A stretch of DNA of 49,782 nt from Rhodospirillaceae bacterium (GTDB lineage: Bacteria; Pseudomonadota; Alphaproteobacteria; MPNO01; UBA830), in assembly GCA_038120765.1 (NCBI GenBank), contig JAYOMI010000017.1, forward strand, positions 1 to 49,782, given 5' to 3'. The position numbers were made by a program, and so were the translations under genes. Below the pieces are notes generated by a model. The model did not search any database, had not been told where the DNA came from, and worked only from the letters and a program-made list of their open reading frames with translations. Positions within the stretch are counted from its first letter, which is position 1. Each line of letters opens with the position of its first letter. Shown here in pieces: positions 36,045-45,567 of the stretch.

Positions 36045-36245
36045 CTCAAGATGGCGCGCGACGGCCAGCCTGTCCAGCGACAGATCAGCGCATTGTCTAT
36101 AAATTCATCAAAACAGCAAAAATGCATAATAAAAGCGCAATATTTGGGCTGGGCCGTCCGCAAATCGTATTTCTGCGCGATGACCAACGCCATTTTTCCT
36201 AACTTTAACAGTTATTTAAGCAGTTTATAAAATGTTAATGCCCGT

Positions 36246-36261
36246 TGGCACGGTTATTGCT
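36246..36261 (+). promoter_or_regulatory. Sigma-54 (RpoN) -24/-12 promoter
   Basis: TGGCACG-gtta-TTGCT matches the consensus TGGCACG-N4-TTGCW exactly. It lies 57 nt upstream of the ATG at 36318. Confidence 0.6.
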
Positions 36262-36317
36262 ACACCCCTACCGATGGCACCAAAGATGACAAAATCTCTA
36301 CGGCACACACTCGAGAC

Positions 36318-37094
36318 ATGAAAATGCAAAAGCTACTCAAAAGTACTGCGGCGGGCATAACTGCAGCTTTTATAACTTTGTCGGCACCTCAGGCGGCGGA
36401 ACCGCTTATTGCCGGCTCGTCCATTCCCGGCGAATTTTCCGCGAATATCGAGCTTCACTCGGAATACTACTTCCGCGGTATTTCGCAAACCGACGATGTA
36501 CCGGCACTACAGGGCGGCTTTGACTGGTCTGCCACCGTCGATGAGGATACGGGCATCGGGGTTTACCTGGGAGTCTGGGGTTCGAACGTTGATTTCAACG
36601 AGGCCTCAGGAGTCGATGGCGCTTCCATCGAGATCGACTACTACGGTGGTTTGACAGGCAGCATCGGCAGTTCAGGACTCAGCTGGGACGTCGGCTTTAT
36701 CTACTACAGCTATCCGGGCGCGGCGGGTTCCCTGAATTACGACTTCGTCGAAGCCCAGGGCGCGCTGTCCTACGATTTCGGTGTTGCGACTGCGACAGCC
36801 AGCCTCAACTACTCGCCTGAGTACTTCGGCGAGAGCGGCGCGGCATATTATCCGAAGCTTGCGGTGGATGTGCCTGTCGGAAAGTACCTGACGATTTCGG
36901 CGCATGTTGCGAAACAGTACATCGAAAACAACACTGCTTTCGGACAGCCCGACTACGTTGATTACAGCATTGGCGGCACGGTCAATATCGCAGGATTCGA
37001 TGTAAATCTGACCTGGTCCGACACCGATCTCAGCAGCTCCGAATGCAGCGATGCCTGCGGTATGGTTCTGATGAGCGTTTCCCGCTCTTTCTGA
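36318..37094 (+). CDS. Outer-membrane beta-barrel protein, TorF/Gcw_chp-type putative porin
   Basis: Signal peptide MKMQKLLKSTAAGITAAFITLSAPQAA. HSEYYFRGISQTDDVPALQGGFDW matches that family's N-terminal block. C-terminal aromatic residue (SRSF). Confidence 0.65.
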   Translation: MKMQKLLKSTAAGITAAFITLSAPQAAEPLIAGSSIPGEFSANIELHSEYYFRGISQTDDVPALQGGFDWSATVDEDTGIGVYLGVWGSNVDFNEASGVDGASIEIDYYGGLTGSIGSSGLSWDVGFIYYSYPGAAGSLNYDFVEAQGALSYDFGVATATASLNYSPEYFGESGAAYYPKLAVDVPVGKYLTISAHVAKQYIENNTAFGQPDYVDYSIGGTVNIAGFDVNLTWSDTDLSSSECSDACGMVLMSVSRSF

Positions 37095-37098
37095 TTGA

Positions 37099-37515
<417 letters not shown>

Positions 37516-37527
37516 GGGAGCATTACT

Positions 37528-38883
37528 GTGAAAAGATTTATCAAAACCGCGGCGATTGCGGTCACATTGGCGATGATGGGGGTCGTTGGCATTGGCGAGG
37601 CGGAAGCGGCTGTGAGTGAAGAAACCGCCTTCGTTTTCAATACATTCTCTTTCCTGGTCCACGGCGTCCTTGTGATGTTCATGGCCGCCGGTTTCGCGAT
37701 GCTCGAATCGGGACTCGTCCGGGCGAAAAATACCGCGGCGATCTGCCTGAAAAACATTGCGCTGTACTCTATTGCCGGTCTGATGTTCTACATCATTGGC
37801 TACTCGCTGATGTATACCGACGTCGACAAGGGGTGGATCGGCGCATTTGAATTCCTCTACAACCCAGCGCCTGCGGAACTGGCATTGCTTAATGCAGACG
37901 ATGCCGGCAAAGCGGCGGCGAATGCCGCAGTGCTCGCCGATTCGACCTACTCGTCGATGTCCGACTGGTTCTTCCAGATGGTATTCGTCGCAACCGCGGC
38001 ATCGATCGTTTCGGGTACGCTTGCCGAGCGGATCAAGGTCTGGCCGTTCCTGATCTTCGTGGTCGTCCTGTCCGCCATCATCTATCCGATCCAGGGTTCC
38101 TGGGTCTGGGGTGCGGGCTGGCTCCGTGAAATGGGCTTCTCCGACTTTGCGGGATCCACGCTGGTTCATTCGACCGGCGGCTGGGCGGCACTTGCCGGTG
38201 CCCTCGTGCTCGGCGCGCGCAAGGGCAAGTTCGGTCCCAATGGACAGGTCAACCCGATGCCCGGCGCAAACCTGCCCCTGGCAACGCTTGGCACATTTAT
38301 CCTGTGGTTCGGTTGGTTCGGTTTTAACGGTGGATCGCAGCTCGCGCTCGGCTCTGCGGCCGATGCGGCGGCAATCGCTATCGTCTACGTCAATACAAAC
38401 CTGGCTGCAGCGTCAGGTGTGGTGGCCGCGATGATCCTCACCCAGCTGATGTTCAAGAAGATGGACCTCACGCTGTGTCTGAACGGCGCGATTGGCGGGC
38501 TTGTCGCCATCACGGCCGGCCCCGACCTCCAGCAGCATGCCTACTCGATGCTGATCGGCGGTATCGGTGGTGCGCTTGTCGTGATTGCTGTTCCGTTGAT
38601 CGACAAGCTCAAGATCGATGACGTCGTGGGCGCGATCTCCGCTCATCTCGTCTGCGGTATCTGGGGCACGCTTGCAGTCGGTATCTTCGGATCCGGGTCG
38701 CTCGTTACCCAGTTCATCGGCATCGTCGCCATCGGCGCCTTCGTGTTCGTCTCCAGCCTGATTGTCTGGATGATCCTGAAGGTCACCATCGGCATCCGTG
38801 TCGACGAGGAAGCTGAAATGGACGGGCTCGACAAAGCCGAACTTGGTTTGGAAGCCTATCCCGAGTTCGGAAGCAGAGGCTGA
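37528..38883 (+). CDS. amtB: Ammonium transporter
   Basis: Signal peptide followed by Amt blocks: DFAGSTLVHSTGGWAALAGALVLGAR, FGWFGFNGGS and HLVCGIWGTLAVG. GTG start with an AGGGAG RBS. Confidence 0.95.
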   Translation: MKRFIKTAAIAVTLAMMGVVGIGEAEAAVSEETAFVFNTFSFLVHGVLVMFMAAGFAMLESGLVRAKNTAAICLKNIALYSIAGLMFYIIGYSLMYTDVDKGWIGAFEFLYNPAPAELALLNADDAGKAAANAAVLADSTYSSMSDWFFQMVFVATAASIVSGTLAERIKVWPFLIFVVVLSAIIYPIQGSWVWGAGWLREMGFSDFAGSTLVHSTGGWAALAGALVLGARKGKFGPNGQVNPMPGANLPLATLGTFILWFGWFGFNGGSQLALGSAADAAAIAIVYVNTNLAAASGVVAAMILTQLMFKKMDLTLCLNGAIGGLVAITAGPDLQQHAYSMLIGGIGGALVVIAVPLIDKLKIDDVVGAISAHLVCGIWGTLAVGIFGSGSLVTQFIGIVAIGAFVFVSSLIVWMILKVTIGIRVDEEAEMDGLDKAELGLEAYPEFGSRG

Positions 38884-39102
38884 CTTATCGAAAACCCCCG
38901 CCCGGCACAGCCGGGCGGGGTGATGAAGTGTCCCACCCTTAGGCGCGCCACGCCGGGGTGGTCACGAGCCGGAGACCGGGCGCACTGCCAGCCGTTCGGT
39001 CTCCGGTGAACCGAGGCGGCGCAGTTCTGCCGACATGCGCCGCATCCCTCCCGCCGCGAATATGGGAGACAACCGCCCCGCCGCCCTGCGGGGCGGTTTT
39101 TT
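38884..39102 (+). ncRNA. Candidate structured 3'UTR or 3'UTR-derived sRNA downstream of amtB
   Basis: Four hand-verified stem-loops: 38896..38920 (10-11 bp), 38969..39006 (10 bp), 39016..39043 (8 bp), and 39071..39098 (10 bp) followed by a T-run. A CCCUCCC motif lies at 39046..39052. No credible ORF. Confidence 0.25.
39071..39102 (+). terminator. Rho-independent terminator
   Basis: AACCGCCCCG-8 nt-CGGGGCGGTT running into TTTTTT (39097..39102). Confidence 0.65.
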
Positions 39103-39436
39103 AGCGCCGCCAGATGGCGTCCAGTCCTGAAATGCCCTATCCCCCTGATAAACAACGACTACCGGATATCGTCCTGTCAAATGTTCTGCAAATGTTCGTT
39201 ACGAACCCGGAATCAAACGAATCACGCCACCCCTTGTAGACCAGTATCTTAGCTGCCCATGATGATGTAGAATCTGAGAGAAGCGTCGGAAGGCTCTGAG
39301 TCATTCGGACTGAGTTGTTTTTATGATTTGTTCTCAATTCGTCCTGAGACAGGGAGTGTCGGGTCCGGATGAAGATGGCGGCGACGACGCAAACCATGAC
39401 TAATGAAGTGATTATGACAACGAACGCATCAATTCT

Positions 39437-40654
39437 GTGGGCAGGTCGCGAATGCCGTTAAACGCCCGCATGGATGCAGTGGGAGATTATCCTTTCGACA
39501 GGCTGCGTGCCCTTCTGGGAACGCTTGAGCCGCCGGCAGGTGTCACCCCTATACCTTTATCCCTGGGAGAGCCGCAGCACGCGCCGCCGGCGTTCCTTGC
39601 CGAGACAGTTGCCCGGGAAACCGCCGGCTGGTCAAAGTATCCGCCAATGCGAGGTACGGAGCCGGCGCGGGCGGCGATTGCCGGCTGGCTGACGTGGCGG
39701 TATGGCCTGCCGGCTCAAATGATCGACCCGGAAACCATGGTGATCCCAGTATCGGGGACGCGGGAAGCGCTTTTCATGATCGCGCTCGCTGCCGTGCCCG
39801 AAACCAAGAACGGCCGGAAGCCCATCGTACTGATGCCCAATCCGTTCTATCAGGTCTATCTGGGCGCCGCCGTGATGGCCGGCGCGGAACCGGTTTTTGT
39901 GCCGGCCGACCGTGAAAACGGCTTCCTGCCCGATTTCCAATCGCTTCCCGAGGAAATTCTCGAGCGGACGGCGCTTGCCTATTACTGCTCTCCCGCCAAT
40001 CCCCAGGGCGCCATCGCTTCGCTGGACACCATGAAGCAACTCGTCGCCCTCGCCCGTGCGCACGATTTTCTCCTGGTCTCCGACGAATGCTACAGCGAAC
40101 TTTATTACGGTGCGCCGCCGACCGGTGCCGCAGAGGCCTGCGCCGCGCTGGGCGATGGGGGATTCGAAGCGATGCGCAATGTCGCGGTCATGAATTCCCT
40201 GTCGAAACGTTCAAGCGCGCCCGGATTACGGTCGGGGTTTGTCGCGGGCGACAGAGACCTGATCCGCCGATTTGCCCGCCTGCGGGATTATGGCGGCGCA
40301 CCGCCCCCGCTGCCCCTGCTCGCCGCCGCGTCGGCCCTCTGGTCCGATGAGGAGCACGTCATTGCCAATCGGGCGATCTACGCGGAAAAATACGTCGCCG
40401 CTGCGGAAATCCTCGGCGGAAAGTACGGATATTACAGCCCCGAGGGCGGTTTCTATCTCTGGCTTTCCGTCGGCGATGGCGAAGCAGCCGCCCGCGCGCT
40501 GTGGGCCGAAGCCGGCATCCGCGTTATCCCCGGCGAATATCTCGCGCGCGAAGCGACCGGACATCATCCCGGCGCCGGTTATATCCGGCTGGCGCTTGTG
40601 CACGACTTGGAAACCACCCGTGAAGCGCTGACGCGTATCACCAAAGTACTGTAA
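39437..40654 (+). CDS. dapC: Class I/II PLP aminotransferase, succinyldiaminopimelate transaminase (DapC)-like
   Basis: Contains RMDAVGDYPFDRLRALL, LSLGEPQHAPP, VSGTREALF and NSLSKRSSAPGLRSGF (PLP Lys). The likely start is the ATG at 39452. Confidence 0.6.
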   Translation: MGRSRMPLNARMDAVGDYPFDRLRALLGTLEPPAGVTPIPLSLGEPQHAPPAFLAETVARETAGWSKYPPMRGTEPARAAIAGWLTWRYGLPAQMIDPETMVIPVSGTREALFMIALAAVPETKNGRKPIVLMPNPFYQVYLGAAVMAGAEPVFVPADRENGFLPDFQSLPEEILERTALAYYCSPANPQGAIASLDTMKQLVALARAHDFLLVSDECYSELYYGAPPTGAAEACAALGDGGFEAMRNVAVMNSLSKRSSAPGLRSGFVAGDRDLIRRFARLRDYGGAPPPLPLLAAASALWSDEEHVIANRAIYAEKYVAAAEILGGKYGYYSPEGGFYLWLSVGDGEAAARALWAEAGIRVIPGEYLAREATGHHPGAGYIRLALVHDLETTREALTRITKVL

Positions 40655-40667
40655 ACGGGAGTAAATC

Positions 40668-43145
40668 ATGGCCAGCCGAACCCGAAACGCCGGACGCTCT
40701 GCCTTCCTGTCTCCGGAAATACATGAATTCCTGCGCCGCCGTCTCCAGGAGATTGTGGGCATTCTCGTTTTCCTATGCGGGTTGGGTCTCAGCGTCGCGG
40801 TTGTTGGATATGACTCCTCCGATCCCTCGTGGAACCACTCGGTTGCCCGCGAGGCTCTCAACCCGCTGGGCTCCAGCGGCGCATGGCTTGCCGACTTTCT
40901 GATCCAGAGCATTGGCGCCGCCGTGATTCTGCCGGGCCTCGTCCTGATGGTCTGGGGCTGGCGGATCGGCGCCCATCGCGGGATGGGCCGGATCTGGCTC
41001 AGGCTTGCGGCGTTGCCGACGACCCTGCTCCTTGCCACGATTGCGCTTGCCGCAATCGATGCGCCTTCATTCTGGCCGCTGAAAATCGGTCTCGGCGGTA
41101 TCACCGGTTCGGTCCTGTTTGCCGACATCGGCGCCCTTGCCGCCGGCCTCGGCAGCCCGCTATGGCCGGTCTCCCTGAGCCTCGGTATTCTTGCGATCCT
41201 GTCATTCGCCCTGACCCTCGGTCTGAGCCGCGATGAATGGATTATCAATATCCGGCGCGTCGGTCAGCTTGGCGGCAGTACGGCTAGTGCCGGCCTGTCC
41301 GGCGGCCGCTGGTCGAGACGGATGGCACAGCGGGTCAGCGGCGCGTCGTGGTCCCTGTTCCGTCGTATGCGCCTTCCGGCTTCTGGCGACAGGCGGGTGC
41401 ACGATTTTCCTGATGCGGAGGTAGAACCGGAAACGGTTGAAGCCGATCCTTACGGGAGCCGCCGCCGGGAACCGAAGCTGCGCGCGCCGCGCGGTCGTAA
41501 CGACGATCCGGATGAAAAACCGGAAAAGAAAAAGATTGTCACGCCGAGGCGAAAGAAACCGGCAGCGGGCAAACGCGCTACGGAAGCCGATCAGCGGCGG
41601 CTTGATCTCGATACCGGCGAATACACGCTGCCGCCGCTCGACGTTCTTGACGAGCCGCCAGAGGATTATGGCCAGAACAAGCAGGATGAGGACGCCCTTT
41701 CCGAAAATGCCCGGCTTCTGGAATCCGTACTTGAGGATTTCGGCGTCCGCGGCCGTATCGTCAAGGTGCGCCCGGGGCCAGTGGTCACCCTGTACGAACT
41801 TGAACCGGCGCCCGGCACCAAGTCATCGCGCGTCATCAGCCTCGCCGACGATATCGCCCGGTCAATGAGTGCGGTGTCGGTACGTGTTGCCGTGGTCCCC
41901 GGCAAGAACGTTATCGGCATCGAATTGCCGAATGCATCCCGTGAACTGGTAACGCTCCGCGAACTGGTCGAATCCAAGGATTTCGAAAAACATACAGGCG
42001 CGCTCACACTTGTTCTCGGCAAGGATATCGGCGGCGGACCCAGCATGGTCGATCTGGCGCGGATGCCCCATCTGCTGATCGCAGGTACGACCGGTTCCGG
42101 CAAGTCCGTGGCGGTGAATACCATGATCCTGTCGCTGCTTTACCGGCTGACACCGGAACAGTGCCGGTTCATCATGATCGATCCGAAGATGCTCGAACTG
42201 TCGGTCTATGACGGTATCCCGCATCTGCTGTCACCGGTGGTCACGGACCCGTCCAAGGCGGTGGTCGCCCTGCGCTGGGCTGTCCGCGAGATGGAAAACC
42301 GGTATCGCGCGATGTCCAATCTCGGCGTCAGAAATATCAATGGATACAATCAGCGTATCACCGAAGCCGCCAAGAAAGGCGAGACGTTGATGCGCTCGGT
42401 CCAGACCGGCTTCGATCCCGACAGCGGCGAGCCGATCTACGAAGAGCAGGCTTACGACATGAATCCGCTGCCGTATATCGTCGTGATCGTCGATGAAATG
42501 GCCGACCTGATGCTCGTCGCGGGCAAGGAGGTCGAGGGCGCGGTCCAGCGCCTCGCACAGATGGCGCGTGCCGCCGGCATTCATGTGATCATGGCGACAC
42601 AGCGTCCGTCCGTCGATGTCATCACCGGCACGATCAAGGCGAACTTCCCGACACGGATTTCCTTCCAGGTGACGTCCAAGATCGACAGCCGCACCATCCT
42701 CGGTGAGGGCGGCGCCGAACAGCTGCTTGGTCAGGGCGACATGCTGTATATGGCGGGTGGCGGGCGGATCAGCCGCGTCCATGGGCCGTTTGCATCGGAT
42801 GAGGCCGTCGAGCGGGTCGTCAGTTTCCTGCGGACGCAGGCGGAGCCCGATTATATCGAGGAGGTCACCGAGGGCGATCACGAAAGTCCCTTCATCCCTT
42901 CGGGCGACGATAGCAGCGGATCCGGCGGCGGGTCGGGCGATGACGAAATGTACGACCGAGCGGTCGAGGTTGTGTGCCGTGAACGCAAGGCGTCTACCAG
43001 CTTCGTTCAGCGTCATTTGCAGATCGGCTATAACCGTGCCGCCCGCATTATCGAGCGGATGGAGGCGGAGGGCGTGATCAGCCGCGCCAACCATGCCGGC
43101 AAGCGCCAAGTGCTGGCACGCGATATCGACAACGCGGAGATGTGA
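40668..43145 (+). CDS. ftsK: DNA translocase FtsK
   Basis: N-terminal TM domain, a Pro/Lys/Arg-rich linker, [13 protein letters not shown] (Walker A), [12 protein letters not shown], and the C-terminal gamma winged helix [21 protein letters not shown]. Confidence 0.95.
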   Translation: MASRTRNAGRSAFLSPEIHEFLRRRLQEIVGILVFLCGLGLSVAVVGYDSSDPSWNHSVAREALNPLGSSGAWLADFLIQSIGAAVILPGLVLMVWGWRIGAHRGMGRIWLRLAALPTTLLLATIALAAIDAPSFWPLKIGLGGITGSVLFADIGALAAGLGSPLWPVSLSLGILAILSFALTLGLSRDEWIINIRRVGQLGGSTASAGLSGGRWSRRMAQRVSGASWSLFRRMRLPASGDRRVHDFPDAEVEPETVEADPYGSRRREPKLRAPRGRNDDPDEKPEKKKIVTPRRKKPAAGKRATEADQRRLDLDTGEYTLPPLDVLDEPPEDYGQNKQDEDALSENARLLESVLEDFGVRGRIVKVRPGPVVTLYELEPAPGTKSSRVISLADDIARSMSAVSVRVAVVPGKNVIGIELPNASRELVTLRELVESKDFEKHTGALTLVLGKDIGGGPSMVDLARMPHLLIAGTTGSGKSVAVNTMILSLLYRLTPEQCRFIMIDPKMLELSVYDGIPHLLSPVVTDPSKAVVALRWAVREMENRYRAMSNLGVRNINGYNQRITEAAKKGETLMRSVQTGFDPDSGEPIYEEQAYDMNPLPYIVVIVDEMADLMLVAGKEVEGAVQRLAQMARAAGIHVIMATQRPSVDVITGTIKANFPTRISFQVTSKIDSRTILGEGGAEQLLGQGDMLYMAGGGRISRVHGPFASDEAVERVVSFLRTQAEPDYIEEVTEGDHESPFIPSGDDSSGSGGGSGDDEMYDRAVEVVCRERKASTSFVQRHLQIGYNRAARIIERMEAEGVISRANHAGKRQVLARDIDNAEM

Positions 43146-43204
43146 ACAAGGTGGCTGGAGCCTGCTGCCTTACAATTGCCTTGTCGCGTGCCTATATACC
43201 CATC

Positions 43205-43837
43205 ATGACCGGCCTTGCCCGCATACTCGTTGCTGTGTTTTTGATCGTAGGCTTTGCCCCGCCCGCGACGGCAATCTATCGCATCACGGATCAGGACAGG
43301 GCTGATATCGCGCGAATAGAGGCCTATCTGAACACGATCGATTCCCTGCGAAGCAGGTTTGTGCAGCTTTCGAGCGGCGGCCGCGCAGCGGAAGGTACGA
43401 TCTATATAGAGCGGCCCAAACGTCTCCGCCTCCAGTATATCGAACCGTCCAATATCCAGGTCTATGCGAATGGAAACTGGCTCGCCCATGTCGATACGGA
43501 CCTTGAAGCCGTCTGGTATGTGCCGTTGAAATCGACGCCGGCGGCGTTCCTGGTGCGCGATCGGATCACCCTCAGCGGGGATATTACGGTCGAGCGTGTC
43601 ATCCGGGGGGCACAGACGATTTCCGTGTCTCTGTACCAGACGGACGAGCCCGATGCGGGCCGATTCATTCTCACCTTTTCCGATAACCCGCTTGCGCTGC
43701 ATAAATGGACCGTCACGGACGTCCAGGGTATTTCGACCTCGGTCAGCCTTGTCGGTCCGGCATTCAACGTCTCGATCCCCGGGGAAGTGTTTGTTTTCGA
43801 CGAATCGAAGTTCGAACGCGAATTGAATTCGAACTGA
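43205..43837 (+). CDS. lolA: LolA-like outer-membrane lipoprotein carrier protein
   Basis: Signal peptide MTGLARILVAVFLIVGFAPPATA. FVQLSSGGRAAEGTIYIERPKRLRLQY is present. Conserved position after ftsK. Confidence 0.65.
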   Translation: MTGLARILVAVFLIVGFAPPATAIYRITDQDRADIARIEAYLNTIDSLRSRFVQLSSGGRAAEGTIYIERPKRLRLQYIEPSNIQVYANGNWLAHVDTDLEAVWYVPLKSTPAAFLVRDRITLSGDITVERVIRGAQTISVSLYQTDEPDAGRFILTFSDNPLALHKWTVTDVQGISTSVSLVGPAFNVSIPGEVFVFDESKFERELNSN

Positions 43838-43912
43838 GACCAGAGGCATGATATTCGGCGTTTCCCGGTCATGTATATTGCCGACAGTGCGGTGACGTGA
43901 TAGCCATTATCC

Positions 43913-44704
43913 ATGCCTGAAAATTCCCCGAAACCGCTTGTCGGTATCCCCGCGAGCCAGATTTTTCTCCCAAGCCATTCCATGGCGCAGCACGGCGCCG
44001 GAGAACGGTATATCCGCGCCGTCGCGGACGGCGCGGGTGCGATGCCGATGGTAATTCCGGCCCTTGCGGAAGATTACGATTTCGCCGATCTCGCCAGCCG
44101 GCTGGACGGATTGATGCTGACCGGCGGCCGCGCGAACGTCGAGCCGCATCATTACGACGGCCCGCCGTTTCCTGAAGATGAAATCCGCGATCCGATGCGG
44201 GACAAGACAGTGTTGCCGCTCATCCGCGCCTGCGTCGAACAGGGTGTGCCGGTCTTCGGCTCCTGCCGCGGCATCCAGGAAATCAATGTCGCGATGGGCG
44301 GTTCGCTGCATTACCGGGTCCATGAGGTCGAGGGCTTTAACGATCATCGCATGCCGCGTGAGGGCGACCTCGAGCATAAATTCAGCGAGCGCCATCTGGT
44401 CGTTACCCTGGAAGACGGGCTTTTTCACAAGCTGTGCGGCGCGCGCGAAATCATGGTCAATTCGCTGCACGCCCAGGCCGTGGACAAGCTTGCTCCCGGG
44501 TTCGAAATCGAATGTGTGTCGCTGGACGGCGTCACCGAGGGTATCCGTCATACATCGTCCCGGGCGTTCTGTGTCGGTGTGCAATGGCATGCTGAATGGC
44601 GCTTCGAGAAGAATGCATTGTCACTGGCCCTTTGGCGCGAATTCGGCAGCGCCTGCCGAGAGCGTGCGGCAGCGCGTACCGGCAAACCAATCGCCGCCGA
44701 ATAA
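43913..44704 (+). CDS. Class I glutamine amidotransferase, gamma-glutamyl-GABA hydrolase (PuuD/peptidase C26)-like
   Basis: GSCRGIQEINVAMGGSL carries the nucleophile Cys. VGVQWHAEW carries the catalytic His. Confidence 0.8.
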   Translation: MPENSPKPLVGIPASQIFLPSHSMAQHGAGERYIRAVADGAGAMPMVIPALAEDYDFADLASRLDGLMLTGGRANVEPHHYDGPPFPEDEIRDPMRDKTVLPLIRACVEQGVPVFGSCRGIQEINVAMGGSLHYRVHEVEGFNDHRMPREGDLEHKFSERHLVVTLEDGLFHKLCGAREIMVNSLHAQAVDKLAPGFEIECVSLDGVTEGIRHTSSRAFCVGVQWHAEWRFEKNALSLALWREFGSACRERAAARTGKPIAAE

Positions 44705-44727
44705 CCGGAAGACCGAAGGCGACCTGC

Positions 44728-45516
44728 ATGCGTATCGTTTCCTGGAATATCAACTCCGTTCGCCTGCGCATCGATACGCTGAAGAAAGTCGCCGATGCGC
44801 TGCAGCCGGATTTTCTGTGTCTCCAGGAAATCAAGGCGCAGGATTCGGATTTTCCGGCTGACGCGATTACGGAAGCAGGATTTACCCAGCATCTCGTGCG
44901 CGGCATGAAGGGCTATAACGGTGTTGCGATCCTCTCCAATACGGCCATGACGGATGGCGGCAGCCGGGACTGGTGCGCGCGCGATGACTGCCGACACGTG
45001 GCCGCCGAGATCGGCAACCAGACGGTCCTGCATAATTTCTATGTGCCTGCCGGCGGCGACGAGCCGGACCCAGCGATCAACGAAAAATTCGCCCACAAGC
45101 TGGACTTCCTGAAGGAAGCGGCCGACTGGTCGGCGAAACTGCCCGGGAAAAGCCAGCATATCATGGTCGGCGACCTCAACATCGCGCCGCATGAAAACGA
45201 TGTGTGGTCGCACAAGCAACTGCTCAAAGTCGTCAGCCATACACCGGTCGAGGTTGAAGCACTTGAAGCCTGGCGCGCGGCGCATGGCTGGGTCGACGCG
45301 ATCCGCGCGATCGTGCCGGAAGACGAGAAGCTCTATTCCTGGTGGAGCTACCGGAACCGTGAATGGCCCGGCAGCGACAAGGGCCGGCGGCTGGACCATA
45401 TCTGGGTCAGCCCCGCACTGGCGGGCAAGGTTACCGATGCAGGCGTCTACTTGGATGCCCGCGGCTGGGAAAAACCATCGGATCACGCACCCGTATGGGC
45501 GGATATCGACATCTGA
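44728..45516 (+). CDS. xthA: Exodeoxyribonuclease III
   Basis: Contains MRIVSWNINSVRLR, PDFLCLQEIK, MVGDLNIAP, SWWSYR, RLDHIWVS and SDHAPVW. Confidence 0.9.
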   Translation: MRIVSWNINSVRLRIDTLKKVADALQPDFLCLQEIKAQDSDFPADAITEAGFTQHLVRGMKGYNGVAILSNTAMTDGGSRDWCARDDCRHVAAEIGNQTVLHNFYVPAGGDEPDPAINEKFAHKLDFLKEAADWSAKLPGKSQHIMVGDLNIAPHENDVWSHKQLLKVVSHTPVEVEALEAWRAAHGWVDAIRAIVPEDEKLYSWWSYRNREWPGSDKGRRLDHIWVSPALAGKVTDAGVYLDARGWEKPSDHAPVWADIDI

Positions 45517-45567
45517 CACCCGGGCCCTGCCTCTTGCCCGGGACGCGGCCCGGGTCTACATGACATT

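Noticed and set aside
36159-36177. Second dyad CGCAaatcgtatttcTGCG upstream of the sigma-54 promoter as an NtrC site
   Set aside because: Only 4-bp arms, and the half-site spacing is 2 nt longer than the NtrC consensus. Too weak to call.
39137-39397. 86-aa minus-strand ORF in the AT-richer spacer upstream of dapC
   Set aside because: No Shine-Dalgarno-like sequence precedes its ATG and it has no recognisable motif. Its composition looks non-coding. The region is kept only as a noncoding or uncertain region in the findings.
44596-44727. 5' extensions offered by the ORF track: xthA from 44596, and similarly 798..863, 2072..2134, 6711..6764, 19627..19674, 30083..30127 and 43142..43204
   Set aside because: Each extension overlaps the preceding gene or lacks family similarity. 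In each case an internal ATG coincides with the conserved family N-terminus (for example MRIVSWNIN for ExoIII).
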